DNA of 62,766 nucleotides, the filler included, from Klebsormidium nitens (lineage: Eukaryota > Plantae > Klebsormidiophyceae), in assembly GCA_000708835.1 (NCBI GenBank). It is 7 parts of 7 records of this genome, joined end to end, with 100 filler letters (N's around TTAATTAATTAA, not from the genome) between each part and the next. Parts side by side here need not be neighbours in the genome. Positions count along the whole stretch, not along the records: positions 1 to 2,150 come from DF238734.1; positions 2,251 to 14,598 come from DF238098.1; 5 more parts are not named here. One strand, 5' to 3'. The notes under the pieces were generated by a model. That model saw nothing but the letters and a program-made list of their open reading frames with translations, did no database searches and had not been told where the DNA came from. The position numbers and the translations under genes were made by a program. Shown piece after piece: positions 1 through 10,079 of the stretch (position 1 is its first letter; the number at the start of each line of letters is the position of its first letter).

Positions 1-256
1 TTAAGTAACCTAATACTACACGATTGTGACACGCGTCGCTTGCTTAGCGATTACCCGAGCCGATATGGCACCGATGGATTATGGCATGACATCATACGCA
101 TCCTCTGCAGTTGCCGCCATCCCCCGGGGCGCCCGGGCCCCGAGCATTTCGGGTGCTCAGGACGACTCCTTTCGTGGGGGATAATCAGGCCACGCCGCAC
201 GTCCCTCGCGCACGCCCGCTCCCAAAGGCGGCCTGCGGACCTTCACCTGGGGTGTC

Positions 257-400
257 GACAAATGGCCGCGCAAATACTGCTTCAATTGGTAGTCCAACAA
301 GCCTTGCTCCAACGACCCTTGCCATTGGGCCCACACCCACGTGTGCCGTTGATGCGGCGACACTAACCGTTCCCCCGAGCACGGGAACGCCTGCAACCAC
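257..400 (+). pseudogene. Decayed DIRS/Ngaro Gag zinc-finger region
   Basis: Frame from 257 reads DKWPRKYCFNW*SNKPCSNDPCHWAHTHVCR*CGDTNRSPEHG. This is a Cys/His cluster with stops at 290 (TAG) and 350 (TGA), directly upstream of a DIRS-type RT. Confidence 0.6.
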
Positions 401-476
401 CGTCCTTCGAAGGAGTACTCCCTGGGCATGGCGAGTCATCCTGTCTCCTTCTCACGTGGATTAAATTGACTCGCTT

Positions 477-2020
477 TTGCCTTTGCGACCCTTAAAAATC
501 AAAAAGTGGAGTAGTTGGTTAGGTGCAATCTGTGATAGGGAGTTTTCACTATACCTCGTCGAACACGGATTGTGTTTCGTAGACGAGTCGACTCGAATTG
601 AGCCGTACAGATGTCGTAATTACATCTCCATTACGCAGTATAGGACGCAGGTTTTAGAAGCATTAAAACCAGACCTTGCAAGTCGCCGGATTTTTGGGTT
701 GCCGATTGGCTGTTCGTCAGACTTCATCCACGCGCTCTGCGCAATCTTTAAAACCGCCACGTCTGTACGGGTCATCCATGATTTAAGTCGCCCGATTGGC
801 CGCTCACTTAATGATCATATGACGCAGGTCGGTTTTAAGTTTCTGACACTTGATGACGCCATCGCATTGATGAAGCCCGGTTGCTTCATGGCCAAGGTAG
901 ATATTGAGGGGCCTACAGACACGTTTCAATTGACCCCCTCGATTGGGATAAATTTGCGTTTGTGCACCCTGACGGTTACGAAGTTTTTGACGGTTTCCTT
1001 GCGTTTGGAGCAAACTTTGCTTGCGAAGTATTTAACAAAATTGGTTTAGCAATTATGCTCGCCTGGGGATTCGTTGCATTATTGTTTATATTGACAATTC
1101 CCTTATTATTGCAGCAACACAAGACGAAGCGTGGCGGGCGTATTTCTCGCTTCGCGCCTTGCTACGTTCCCTCGGTTTTTCAGTCAACATGAAACCTCAT
1201 AAATCTGTTCCTCTTTCGCAGATTTGCAAGTTTCTTGGAATTTGACTGGATTCGATTCAGATGGAGGCCCGTTTGTACGACGCTTTGAATGTAGCGTCTA
1301 CTCTTGATTTGCTGCAGCGTATGGTGCGTAAGCACGCCATTGAACGCATGGACTTAGAGAGTGTTGCCGGCAAGCTGAATTGGATTGCCCGGGTAGTGTA
1401 CGGGGGTCGCACTTTCTTGCGTCGCATTATTGACTCTATTCACAGTGTCAGGCGCCCTTCCCACTTTCTCTTCGTGTCAGGTGGTCTACATCAGGGTTTG
1501 GAGTGGTACAAGGAATTTTTGCCAACATTCAACGGACGGACTGTATTAATCTCGCCTCGCCCTCTGTCCCCCTTAGTATTCTCTACTGACGCCTCTTCCT
1601 CGTATGGCTACGCCGCCTTCTTGCAAGGGGGCTACATTCCTTTATCCTTCGCTGCCGCTGCCCGCTTACACCCGGATACCCCCCCGCAGACGGCCCCGAT
1701 CCACGTCCACGAGATCTTTGCGCTGCTTCCCGCGTACTTGGCCGGTTGACTTGACTAAACTCTTTTTGTGTTGTCGTATTGACAATCAGGTCGTCGAATT
1801 TGCTGTTAATAAAGGAACGGCCAAAGGCGAGTTTGGTTCGTTGATGATGCAGTACTTGCGCGAGATCTTTTGGTTGTCTGCGTCACTTGACTTTCGCATC
1901 ACTGCTCGTTACATCACCATTGAAGATAACGAATTGTCGGACGCCCTTAGTCGCAATGAGTGGCCGACTTTTCACGTTCTTCTCCGCCAGTTTATCCAGG
2001 ACGGTTGCCTTCATCATTAA
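477..2020 (+). mobile_element. Decayed DIRS/Ngaro retrotransposon RT-RNase H (frameshifted)
   Basis: RT motifs RVIHDLS, FMAKVDI and FLAFG...FN are followed by LESVAGKLNWIARVV. RNase H motifs FSTDAS, HVHEIFA, RIDNQVV and DNELSDALSR are spread over ORFs 477, 962, 1261 and 1604. Confidence 0.85.
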
Positions 2021-2058
2021 TTTAGCGCACACTTTCGTACAACCGCCTGCGTCACCCT

Positions 2059-2150
2059 TGTTAAAATTCGGTGATTATAGTCAGGCGAATTACTGTGATT
2101 AGGGTTCGGCCCGACTTAAGGTTTGGACTAGTGAACGCCGACGTGCGTGT
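2059..2150 (+). repeat. LTR-like fragment (starts TGTTA), truncated by gap
   Basis: tgttaaaattcggtgattatagtcagg...gattagggttcggcc aligns with the reverse complement of 2420-2518. Confidence 0.55.
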
Positions 2151-2250
2151 NNNNNNNNNNNNNNNNNNNNNNNNNNNNNNNNNNNNNNNNNNNNTTAATT
2201 AATTAANNNNNNNNNNNNNNNNNNNNNNNNNNNNNNNNNNNNNNNNNNNN
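2151..2250. other. Assembly gap with artificial TTAATTAATTAA linker
   Basis: The same 100-nt construct recurs at 14599, 20999, 25294, 43039 and 59816. Plain gaps lie at 22947-23122, 31703-32263 and 55749-55768. Confidence 0.95.
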
Positions 2251-2518
2251 CGTTCCACTTGGCTCACTAGCCTACTAGGCTCACAGCCTAAGTCACACAC
2301 TACTAGGCTCACTAGCCTAGATCACACTCACACTCAATCATAGCCATCGATATCCTCATCTACGGCTCCATATCGGCGGCCCTCTCAACCGCCTAACCTC
2401 CAAGGTTAACCGCCTAACCGCTGTGCACGCACGCCGGCGCTCACTAGTTCAAACCCTAACTCGGTCCGAACCCTAATCACGGAGTAATCCGGCTGACCAT
2501 AATCACCGGATTCTAACA
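2251..2518 (-). repeat. LTR-like fragment, inverted relative to 2059-2150
   Basis: The minus strand begins TGTTAGAATCCGGTGATTATGG. It has internal ctaggctcactagcct repeats similar to the solo LTR at 23986-24328. Confidence 0.55.
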
Positions 2519-2720
2519 GCGTTGCTTAATTGGCGGGGGCGGGTTCTTCGCACTCTGCCGGGGGTTACCTTTCTGTCCGTTCTTGCCATTCCGTCCGTTT
2601 CCACTTCCGTTATCGTTGCCGCCGCCTTGCGCAACATGTGCCGTTTTGCCAAAAGCGGCGGGCGGCACAGGGATGTCAAGGGAGACGGCGGCCACATTTT
2701 CGTGCAGCTCCTTGATGTAA
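2519..2720 (-). pseudogene. Possible Copia Gag C-terminal fragment
   Basis: The G/N-rich linker GGGNDNGSGNGRNGKNGQKG...KQRC ends at the LTR, where a zinc knuckle would begin. Confidence 0.3.
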
Positions 2721-5381
2721 AGTTTGATTGGGTCCACGGGACCGCTACGGTGCAAAATCGGTCCGGGGCAAGTTCCGCAGTACTTGAAATTTACGGTGGT
2801 CGGGGCCCGCACAATTGCGACGGTACGACCAAATATTCAGTGCCGGAATCTCGGCGGTCTGTGGGTATTCCCGAAGGTGCTCGTACGATATTTCCACCAA
2901 AATATCGAACATTGCCACCAATTTATCCAATTTTGTAGGAATTTGGCCCTAAAATTGGGCCTTGAAAATGACACTGTAGGAGCTTCAAATGGCAAGATAC
3001 ACTACCGACACTTGGGGGTTTGATGGGGTACAGTGTCTTCACTAAGGCTATGGTAGTGTTGTGGCTTGGGATTACCTTTTTGATCAACTTCCATGCTCAA
3101 TTTGATGACAAGGTAGAGCAAAGGGAGCCATTTTTGGACCACCATATTTTGTAGGAGGAAGGGTGAACTTTTACATTGCCTTGCTGGTATCCAGTGATGA
3201 ATCCCGTTCGTACGGTCGTCCGTACTTCTGACACAACCGCACGCACGGTAATAGGCTTCAAGGGAAAAAGGTACCTAGAGGTACTCAAAGGTACAGCTTT
3301 AGTAGGGTACCGGTACAGCTTATACCGGTAGAACCGGACCCTACCGTGGTAGCCTTGCGCAGAGTACAGTAAAAGTACCATTTTGTACCTACATTGGACA
3401 GCACATAAGCACCCGGGGGGACTGAAGTTTTCCCCGGTCGTCAATGGAAGCATGAGGCTCAGTAATGTGTTGCCCGGTGTGAGCAAGTCCTCCCCGGTTA
3501 GCAGATTGCATGGACCATCGAGTACATGAAATGTAAATATGCTTCAACCAAGTGCAATGCGCGGCAGCTAATTTGTACGTAATACACTGCAAGAGGACTG
3601 AAGCGTTACATGCTGCGTTAGTCGGTTCATCGAATTCGGGGCATTTTGAAGCAAGGCTAAACTGGGGCAAAATGCTCGGCATATCAAGCCGATTTGCTGC
3701 CGAGGGCAATTTTTGCCGCACCCGGAACTCGGGCCGAGGGCCCGCACGGTAAATTTGAATTGGTACGGCGCCCGGGCCAATTTTCCGCGCCGTAGCCCGG
3801 CAAACCGCCCGCCACCAATTTGCACCATAGCGGTCCCGTGTCGAGCTTGCGTTCGACCAGCTCGTCGATGGTCGTTTCCATTGTGATCTCGAGCAGCTGC
3901 GCAGCGGCCTCTTCCTCTTTCAACATCCGCTGCTGCTTTTGGATCTTCTTCGCCTCGAGCTTTGCGTCGTAGCGCTGATTGGTTTTGCGCAAGAGCTGTG
4001 CAAGCAACCGATCCACAACGCGATCACGCGTAGCGCGTCTGTGGGGCCCGCTCTTGCAGGTCATTCAGCGTCACCGGGCTGACAGAGGTTGTGGACACCT
4101 CGGCGGCGCGTTCAGAAGTGGGGAGAGCGAGGTCGAGGGAGAGAATTCACTGGATTAGGCAAGGCAGTCGTCCTTGAGCTTGCGGATCTTGTCTTTGCCG
4201 ACCTGAATTTCGCGGTGCAAGGTGTCTTGTAGCGCTTGGCAGAGCTTCTCGCCGTGTTCGGTCCGGAGGGGCTTGATGGCGGCCGCGAAGATCTCCGGAC
4301 TGTTGTTGAAGTGGAACTGGCCCTTAGGCGCGCCGATGCGCATGCTGAGGTGGATCATCTCTTCGTCTGCTGACGGTCGATGAGGTCGACTTGGGCGCCA
4401 GTGTCGCGGGTGGTCTTACCGATTTTGCCCATGTCCTCCGCGCACTGCTTGAGGCGCGAGCTGATGAAAGAGAAGAACTGCGAGAGCCGCTCCTTCATGG
4501 CGCTGACGCTAAGTGGGGGCGACTCCGTGGCTTCACGCGGTGGTGGATTCGCGTGCGCGCTTTCTGCTACTGCGTTGTTCCGGGCGGTCTCCATGGCTGC
4601 CTGGTCTTGGTTAGCTGGTGGCTGGCGTTCTGTTGCCGTTCTGTCATGTTTCCTTTGGTGGCGGGATCGGGCGGAACGGGTTACGGGGGCGTTCTTCTGA
4701 GTAGGTGACTAGGTCGTTGAACGCTCTGCCGGTTTGCGCGCCTAGAGAAGTGTTGCCACGTGGTCGCAGGTTGTTCTCTACAGCGGATTCGTACTGCAGC
4801 AGGTGTGGAGTGTGCACTCTCGGCAAAACTCCGCCACATGCCTGGCTCGCGGCAGACGCGGCTCCTAGAACGACTTGGCGGCCGGGGGAGCCCATTCGGT
4901 GTGACGAAGGGGCTCGAAGAGCGCGGGGGTCACGGCCGCGACCTCCATGCAAGTGGGACTGCCGGACAGCTGAGTGGGCGTGAGTGTTGACTCCTTTTTG
5001 GCAGTAGGATTGCTCGTCAGCTTTGACTTTTGTGCGCGAACAGGCGACGAGACGTCGTCTGCGAGGTCTTTGTTGTTGCCGTCGAGCACCATTGGGTTGG
5101 GGTTAGCTGAGCCGCGGGCGGCGCGTCTTTGTTTGCCGCTAGGTTGGCGCTTAGGTTCGTGTTCAGTGTTGCTGCCGAGTCTAGAGTTTTGTCGATGGGA
5201 GTGTTGTCTTGGTTGGAGAGCGAAGCTGCGTAGAAGGACGGGAGCCAGGGCGAGAGAGGGCGGCCTTCGTCGACGTCGTCGGGGTTCGTGCGGATTGCGT
5301 TTTTGGCTTCGGATTCGGTGTCGGGTCGTGCTCGATTTCCTCGTTTACCTCTTCGTTCCGGTAGCCAATTCCGAGTGAGCA

Positions 5382-6091
5382 ATGACTTTGAACATCGTAT
5401 TGTGGTGGAATTTATACTATGAGATGCTTGGTGAGAATTTGGGCGCTCCTTCGGAAAGGCGCTTGTATGTGAAAGTGGTTGAATCCTTCTTGGAATCCAA
5501 GCATGAATGTATGACCTCAATAGACAGAGAGGCGCGCACACTGAATTTAAGGCAAAAAAGTAGACTTGCGAGCGCTTGGGCGCGCTGGGTCTCTTTCGGA
5601 ACGGGGGACAGATTGACGAGAGAGGGTGAGTCCTTCAACACAATGCCATTTCACCACAGTGAGTGCGTGGGGGAGCCTGTCGTACTTCAGTGTAAGCACT
5701 AGGCCCGACATTGCATAAAGCGCACAGTCGCGCCCACCGCCTGTGGCCGGGTCGACGGGGGAGCACTAGCGGAGTAATTGAGCGCAGCGCAGTGAAGGTG
5801 GCGCTGTGGTTCCGCAAGCTAAGGTGAGTTCTCGAGTTTTATCTTGGGACGATCCAGATTTTCCGCAACAATACGGCCTTAAAAGCACGCGATCGCTTCA
5901 CAGCGGTCAATGCACATTGACGTGATTCTCACTTCGCACGATAGCGCGTCGCGGGCAAGAAGGGTCGACTTTGCATACTAGGGGACGGAGGATACGAAGG
6001 CGGACACTATAACCAGAGCGTTCGCACGGAGGAAGTTCAAGAAGTGCAAGAGTGGGATAGAAATTCTATTAGTCATTTGTGTGTGGTGGAG
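5382..6091 (+). mobile_element. Decayed, internally deleted Ty1/Copia RT-RNase H 3' fragment
   Basis: Contains DREARTLNLRQK, then SECVG/SLSYFSVSTRPDIA and ALWFRKL. It aligns at nucleotide level with 24420-25100 and ends in a purine tract before TGTTG. Confidence 0.8.
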
Positions 6092-6275
6092 TGTTGAGAT
6101 TCGTACATTTGATGTGGGCAATGTTCTTGGTGACGTTGACGGGAGTTCGACGATAATCAATAGTAGCGATTGGCGGTTAAATACACGCGGAATACAGCCT
6201 TATACCCGATTGACTTATTTTAAAATTCCGACGTAATGAGTAGGTTCAATAAGAGCCGTAGATATTTGGATTTGC
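6092..6275 (+). repeat. Copia 3' LTR remnant
   Basis: Starts TGTTGAG after gtggtggag and aligns with 25122-25293 (for example gtaatgagtaggttcaataagagccgtagatat versus gtaacgagtaggctcgataatagtcgtagatat). Confidence 0.65.
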
Positions 6276-6280
6276 GCGAC

Positions 6281-9239
6281 ATGGCCCTCAATATCGAAAC
6301 AGTGGGGGCGGCTGGACTCGAAGCGTATCCCGATGTGAAGATGCTGCAGCAGCACTTCTCAGGGGGCACAGGTGTCCTGCTCAGCTGGGATCTGACGCCC
6401 CAACATCTGAAAGTCCTGCAGGACCAAGCTGGTGCTGAGTTCTGGAAGCCACGTCAAGCACCTCCAACAGACTGGAACAACGAGGCAGCATCAGCACCCG
6501 GGGACAGCGTTGGCACGTCTCAGGACAAGCATCAGAAGCCCTGGCCATTTTGCCCCATCTGTGGGGCTCATCCGAAAGTCTTGTACATTGATTGCAGAGA
6601 GGTGTACATGCTGAGGACATACAACGAGCCTCACACAGAAGAGACGGTGCCGGTCCCCCTCTTGCCCATAACATACCCCCTGCCTGGCCAGATGTTCACA
6701 GTGGACTTGCCTCAGGACAAGGACACGTTGACAGGCGCTTCCAAGGTTGTGGGGAGTGCCTCGCTCAGGAAGATTCTCAGGCGGTGGTCGGGTCATGTTC
6801 CCGTCACGCAAATCAACAAGCGTGACAAGCTGACGGAGGTCCAGGTCGCGATACAGGAGCCTCTTAAAGAGGACGAACTCCAGGTAAGTTGCGATTATCA
6901 AAGTTTTATTACACTGTCATGCAAGTCCTTTTGTGATGTGTCTGTGGGCCTCTCCTTTTGGAGGCCTACCACTTCTGGAAGAGATCCCAATAGGCTACTT
7001 CATTTGTTGTTTTTACAGTAGTTCTCCGGTTGATTGAAACATCCTGGGCGAGTTATGGTTGCGTGAAAAAGAGGCATCAGCATATTCTCCTTTCCTTGAG
7101 AGCAACTGGCAATGCTGTTGCTCATCAGCAAGAATAAGATTTCACCGTTAGCTGTGTAAAAGTGAAAAGCCTCTGATGCGGCGTTCGTCTCCTGCTTCAC
7201 TGATGGTTTGTTCGCCCCCTGCGCACCAATTCCTAAGCTTCCTCCACAGCTCACATTCTCGCCTGCGCTGTGCAGAAGTTGGAGGAGCTCCCCTCCTGTG
7301 TCCGCAACCTGATCGAGGTCGTCAACGGTGCTGGCAAGACCCTCTGCCCGTCACCTGCCTATGCCCCCCTTTTCTACCACCTGGGGTACATGCACAGCGA
7401 CTCTGTGCTCCTGAAGCATGGCGCGCAGGAAGCCATTGTTGCACTCTTGGTGACCCTGAAGCTCGCGGGGCGCAAGGAGCTCATCGAGATCCACTGCGAG
7501 TGGGACGAGGCGTTGGACACGTACGCGCCACTCCTGCAGCGGGTGATCCACAGTTGCAAAGCCAAGACTCAGACCTGGAAGGGGTTCCAGGTACATACCA
7601 TCCCTCTTCTACTTTGTCACATATTTTGCCATCATCTGTCCAAAAGCAGCGGAAGCTGTGTGGTTGTAGTGGCAATGTTTTGATTGCCCACTGTGTACTG
7701 TTGACGACATATACATTTCTCCTTCACAGGTGATTATCCCGCCACCCCCTGCGGGCCTGAAGGTGGTGCGGAAGAGCAGCGGCTATAGCGCGAAGGTGGC
7801 AATGCTGAGAGCATTAGCCCCGCTGCTTCAGCACCTGCTGCGACTGTCATTCTACACCAACGACTACATCACCTGGCAGGTTGCGTCGGACAAGCTCTGT
7901 GAAGCCTTGGGGGTGAAATCCAACGAGACATGGTTGGCGGAGACAGTGGGTGGGGGGCGGAGCGTCGATCCGGCGGAGGCGTGGGCCAAGCGAGGAGAGA
8001 TTAGAGACCTGATGTCAGGTCCTTGCCGGGGAACATACGAGTACCCTGCAACAGAAAAATACATACTCAATCAGCAGAGGCTGAGCTCCTCCAACACCTA
8101 TCACCGGGTGTTCCGTGCGGTGCCACAGTACGTGGGGAGGGACGCATCCAACGGCATGTGTCTGGGCGGGGAGCGAGACATCAAGTGCCTCACGGAGGCA
8201 GGCGATGAGAAGACGGCACTTGTTACGAGCGAGGGAAAGGTACGTTTCAACAAGTCTGTGTACTTTACTGGGCTGCGAATGGTTTGGAATCGAATAACCA
8301 TTTTATCAACGTCCTAATGTGCGCATTTATCACAGTTTTCGTTGAAAGTGTCGCAGGTTGCGTGTAACGCAGGTGTACTCGTTTTGGGCCGAAGGTCTGT
8401 GGCATAGCTGAGGATTCACAGCAAGTGTTGTCCTAAATCCAACAGTTTCTTCTGGTACCAGGCCAGCCTGGCGGCCAGAGGAAAGCCAGTCAACTCTGGT
8501 ATTATTGTCATTTCTGCTCTCTTTGGTTCCCCTGTTACGTTACAGGGGCGACAGTTTGGGCGAAAATGGTAATAACGTATACTCACAACTTCCATACAGG
8601 CCAAGAAGAAACCCCCGAGGGCCGACACCGATGGGGTGATGGTGGGAACCTGCAAGCACCGCTTTGTCTACTACTTCCACATCCTCCTCCGACATGAGTC
8701 TCTGCGGGACATCTTCACATTCCTCTCGACTCGATTCGAGCACCGGCCTCCAGAGATCATTGTCTACGACAACGCCTGCGAGCTCTCCCGGTACTGTGAA
8801 GGGGTAAGTTAGGTATTCTTCTTCAATCCTCAGTAGTCTCTGCCGATATCCTCCTCTGACTATTTGCTGGACATCTCACACCCCTCTTCACGCACCGGCC
8901 TTTGCACACCGCACCTCTGATCTGCACTTATGTACTTTGCAGCGGTGGCCAGAGTTTTTTGCCAAAACCATGTTCCTCACGGACGTCTTTCACGGCGTCA
9001 ACCACCGGTGCTCAGACGAGTTCAAGTACAACAAGCACCGGCTGGATGAAGGGCGTGAGCTCCAGAACACGCGCAACACATCGGTGTCCGAGCAGATCAA
9101 TCAGCTGATGATGCGCCTGGACAAGACTGCAACCCATTTTACCATCGGGAATGGTATGCTGGTCTACGATCATTTTGTGTACATGCACAACACCCAGCTC
9201 CACAAGGAGTGGTTGGCGCACTCTAAATCTGCCCCGTGA
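6281..9239 (+). CDS. KDZ (Kyakuja-Dileera-Zisupton)-like transposase, 5 exons
   Basis: Four phase-0 GT-AG introns (6884-7275, 7591-7729, 8240-8599, 8804-8942) join open exons. Motifs: CPICG..P.VLYID, GVMVGTCKH, HESLRDIF..L.TRF..PEIIVYDNAC.L..YC, TDVFHGVNHRCS, NTSVSEQIN. The true 5' end is uncertain because it abuts the LTR. Confidence 0.85.
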
Positions 9240-9743
9240 TGTGGGATGTCGAGCGCCCGTACCAGGTGAGTATCTCCTGCCCCTTTGGGACATCTTAGTC
9301 AGCACCATGTAAATCCTGCCATCGTATTGCTTCCAAGCTGCATTTTGTTGGGCTTCTGTGTCTGCAGCATTGGGGTACCTCGGAACACTGCTGGTCTTTG
9401 GGTCTGACCCGTCAATAACGTACACGACTCGCCCTTTTTTATGGACATCAAAGAGATATGATTTGTCTCCTTGCTTTGCTTCTGCCTCTGCATCTGTAAG
9501 AATCTTGCCAACGAATTCACCGATGATGTAACCCTTTTTGAGATGTCGCTGGCTGTATAAACCAAGACCTTTGAGCCCCTTGTTGGCCAAGAAATTGCTC
9601 TTGGCTACCTTGATAAATGCGTCAGCGTACCTGCTACTCACACCTACCTTTGTTCGGAGGCTCGCTTCCTGGTACTTCCCCATATATGAAGCACTCAAAA
9701 TATACATCTCTCGTGCAGGTGCTGGCGGTGTTTCAAGTGTCAT
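9223..9743 (-). CDS. Stand-alone SET-domain lysine methyltransferase (one frameshift near 9297)
   Basis: Motifs GLGLYSQRHLKKGYIIGEFVG, YLFDV and RYPNAAD...QQNA. Adding one A at actaagatg restores TKDVPKGQEILTWYG...QI*, with the stop at 9223-9225. Confidence 0.85.
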
Positions 9744-10079
9744 TAGTTGTCAAACAGATAGGAACCATCATTTTTGTATCGATTTTCAGTGCCGGACGGA
9801 CAGACTCAAGTGTGCACAATGTATACGCAAAGCCCCAGTTTTAGATAGAAAACACGAGATTTATTCCGTGTATGTGCCGGTACTGATCTCGGTTCTTTAC
9901 CAACGGCTGATGGGGCAATACATGCACGTATGTTATTGTAGAGATGCTTAGCTGTGGCTGTGCTGATGCCCGCAATAGGTACTGCGAAAACTGCATATCT
10001 GCATACACCACTTTCAATTGCATGAGTCATGCATGTAATAGCATTCAAATTGCACAAGCTGTGTATCTCATATCAACCC

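Noticed and set aside
2195-2206. TTAATTAATTAA as a biological motif
   Set aside because: It occurs only centred in 100-nt N-gaps and gives stops in all frames, so it is a scaffolding linker.
2440-2480. Telomere-like AAACCCTAA motifs
   Set aside because: They are isolated telo-box-like motifs inside an LTR, not a tandem telomeric tract.
5635-5817. Possible OTU-like protease motif on the minus strand (GGRDCALYAMS)
   Set aside because: The plus strand is clearly Copia RT/RNase H, so the motif is an antisense coincidence.
6236-6280. N-terminal MSRFNKSRRYLDL of the KDZ ORF
   Set aside because: The sequence aligns with the Copia LTR, so it is not native transposase sequence.
9012-9295. C-terminal extension of the SET ORF as given in the ORF track
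   Set aside because: It is out-of-frame read-through, antisense to the last KDZ exon. The real SET end lies in the shifted frame.
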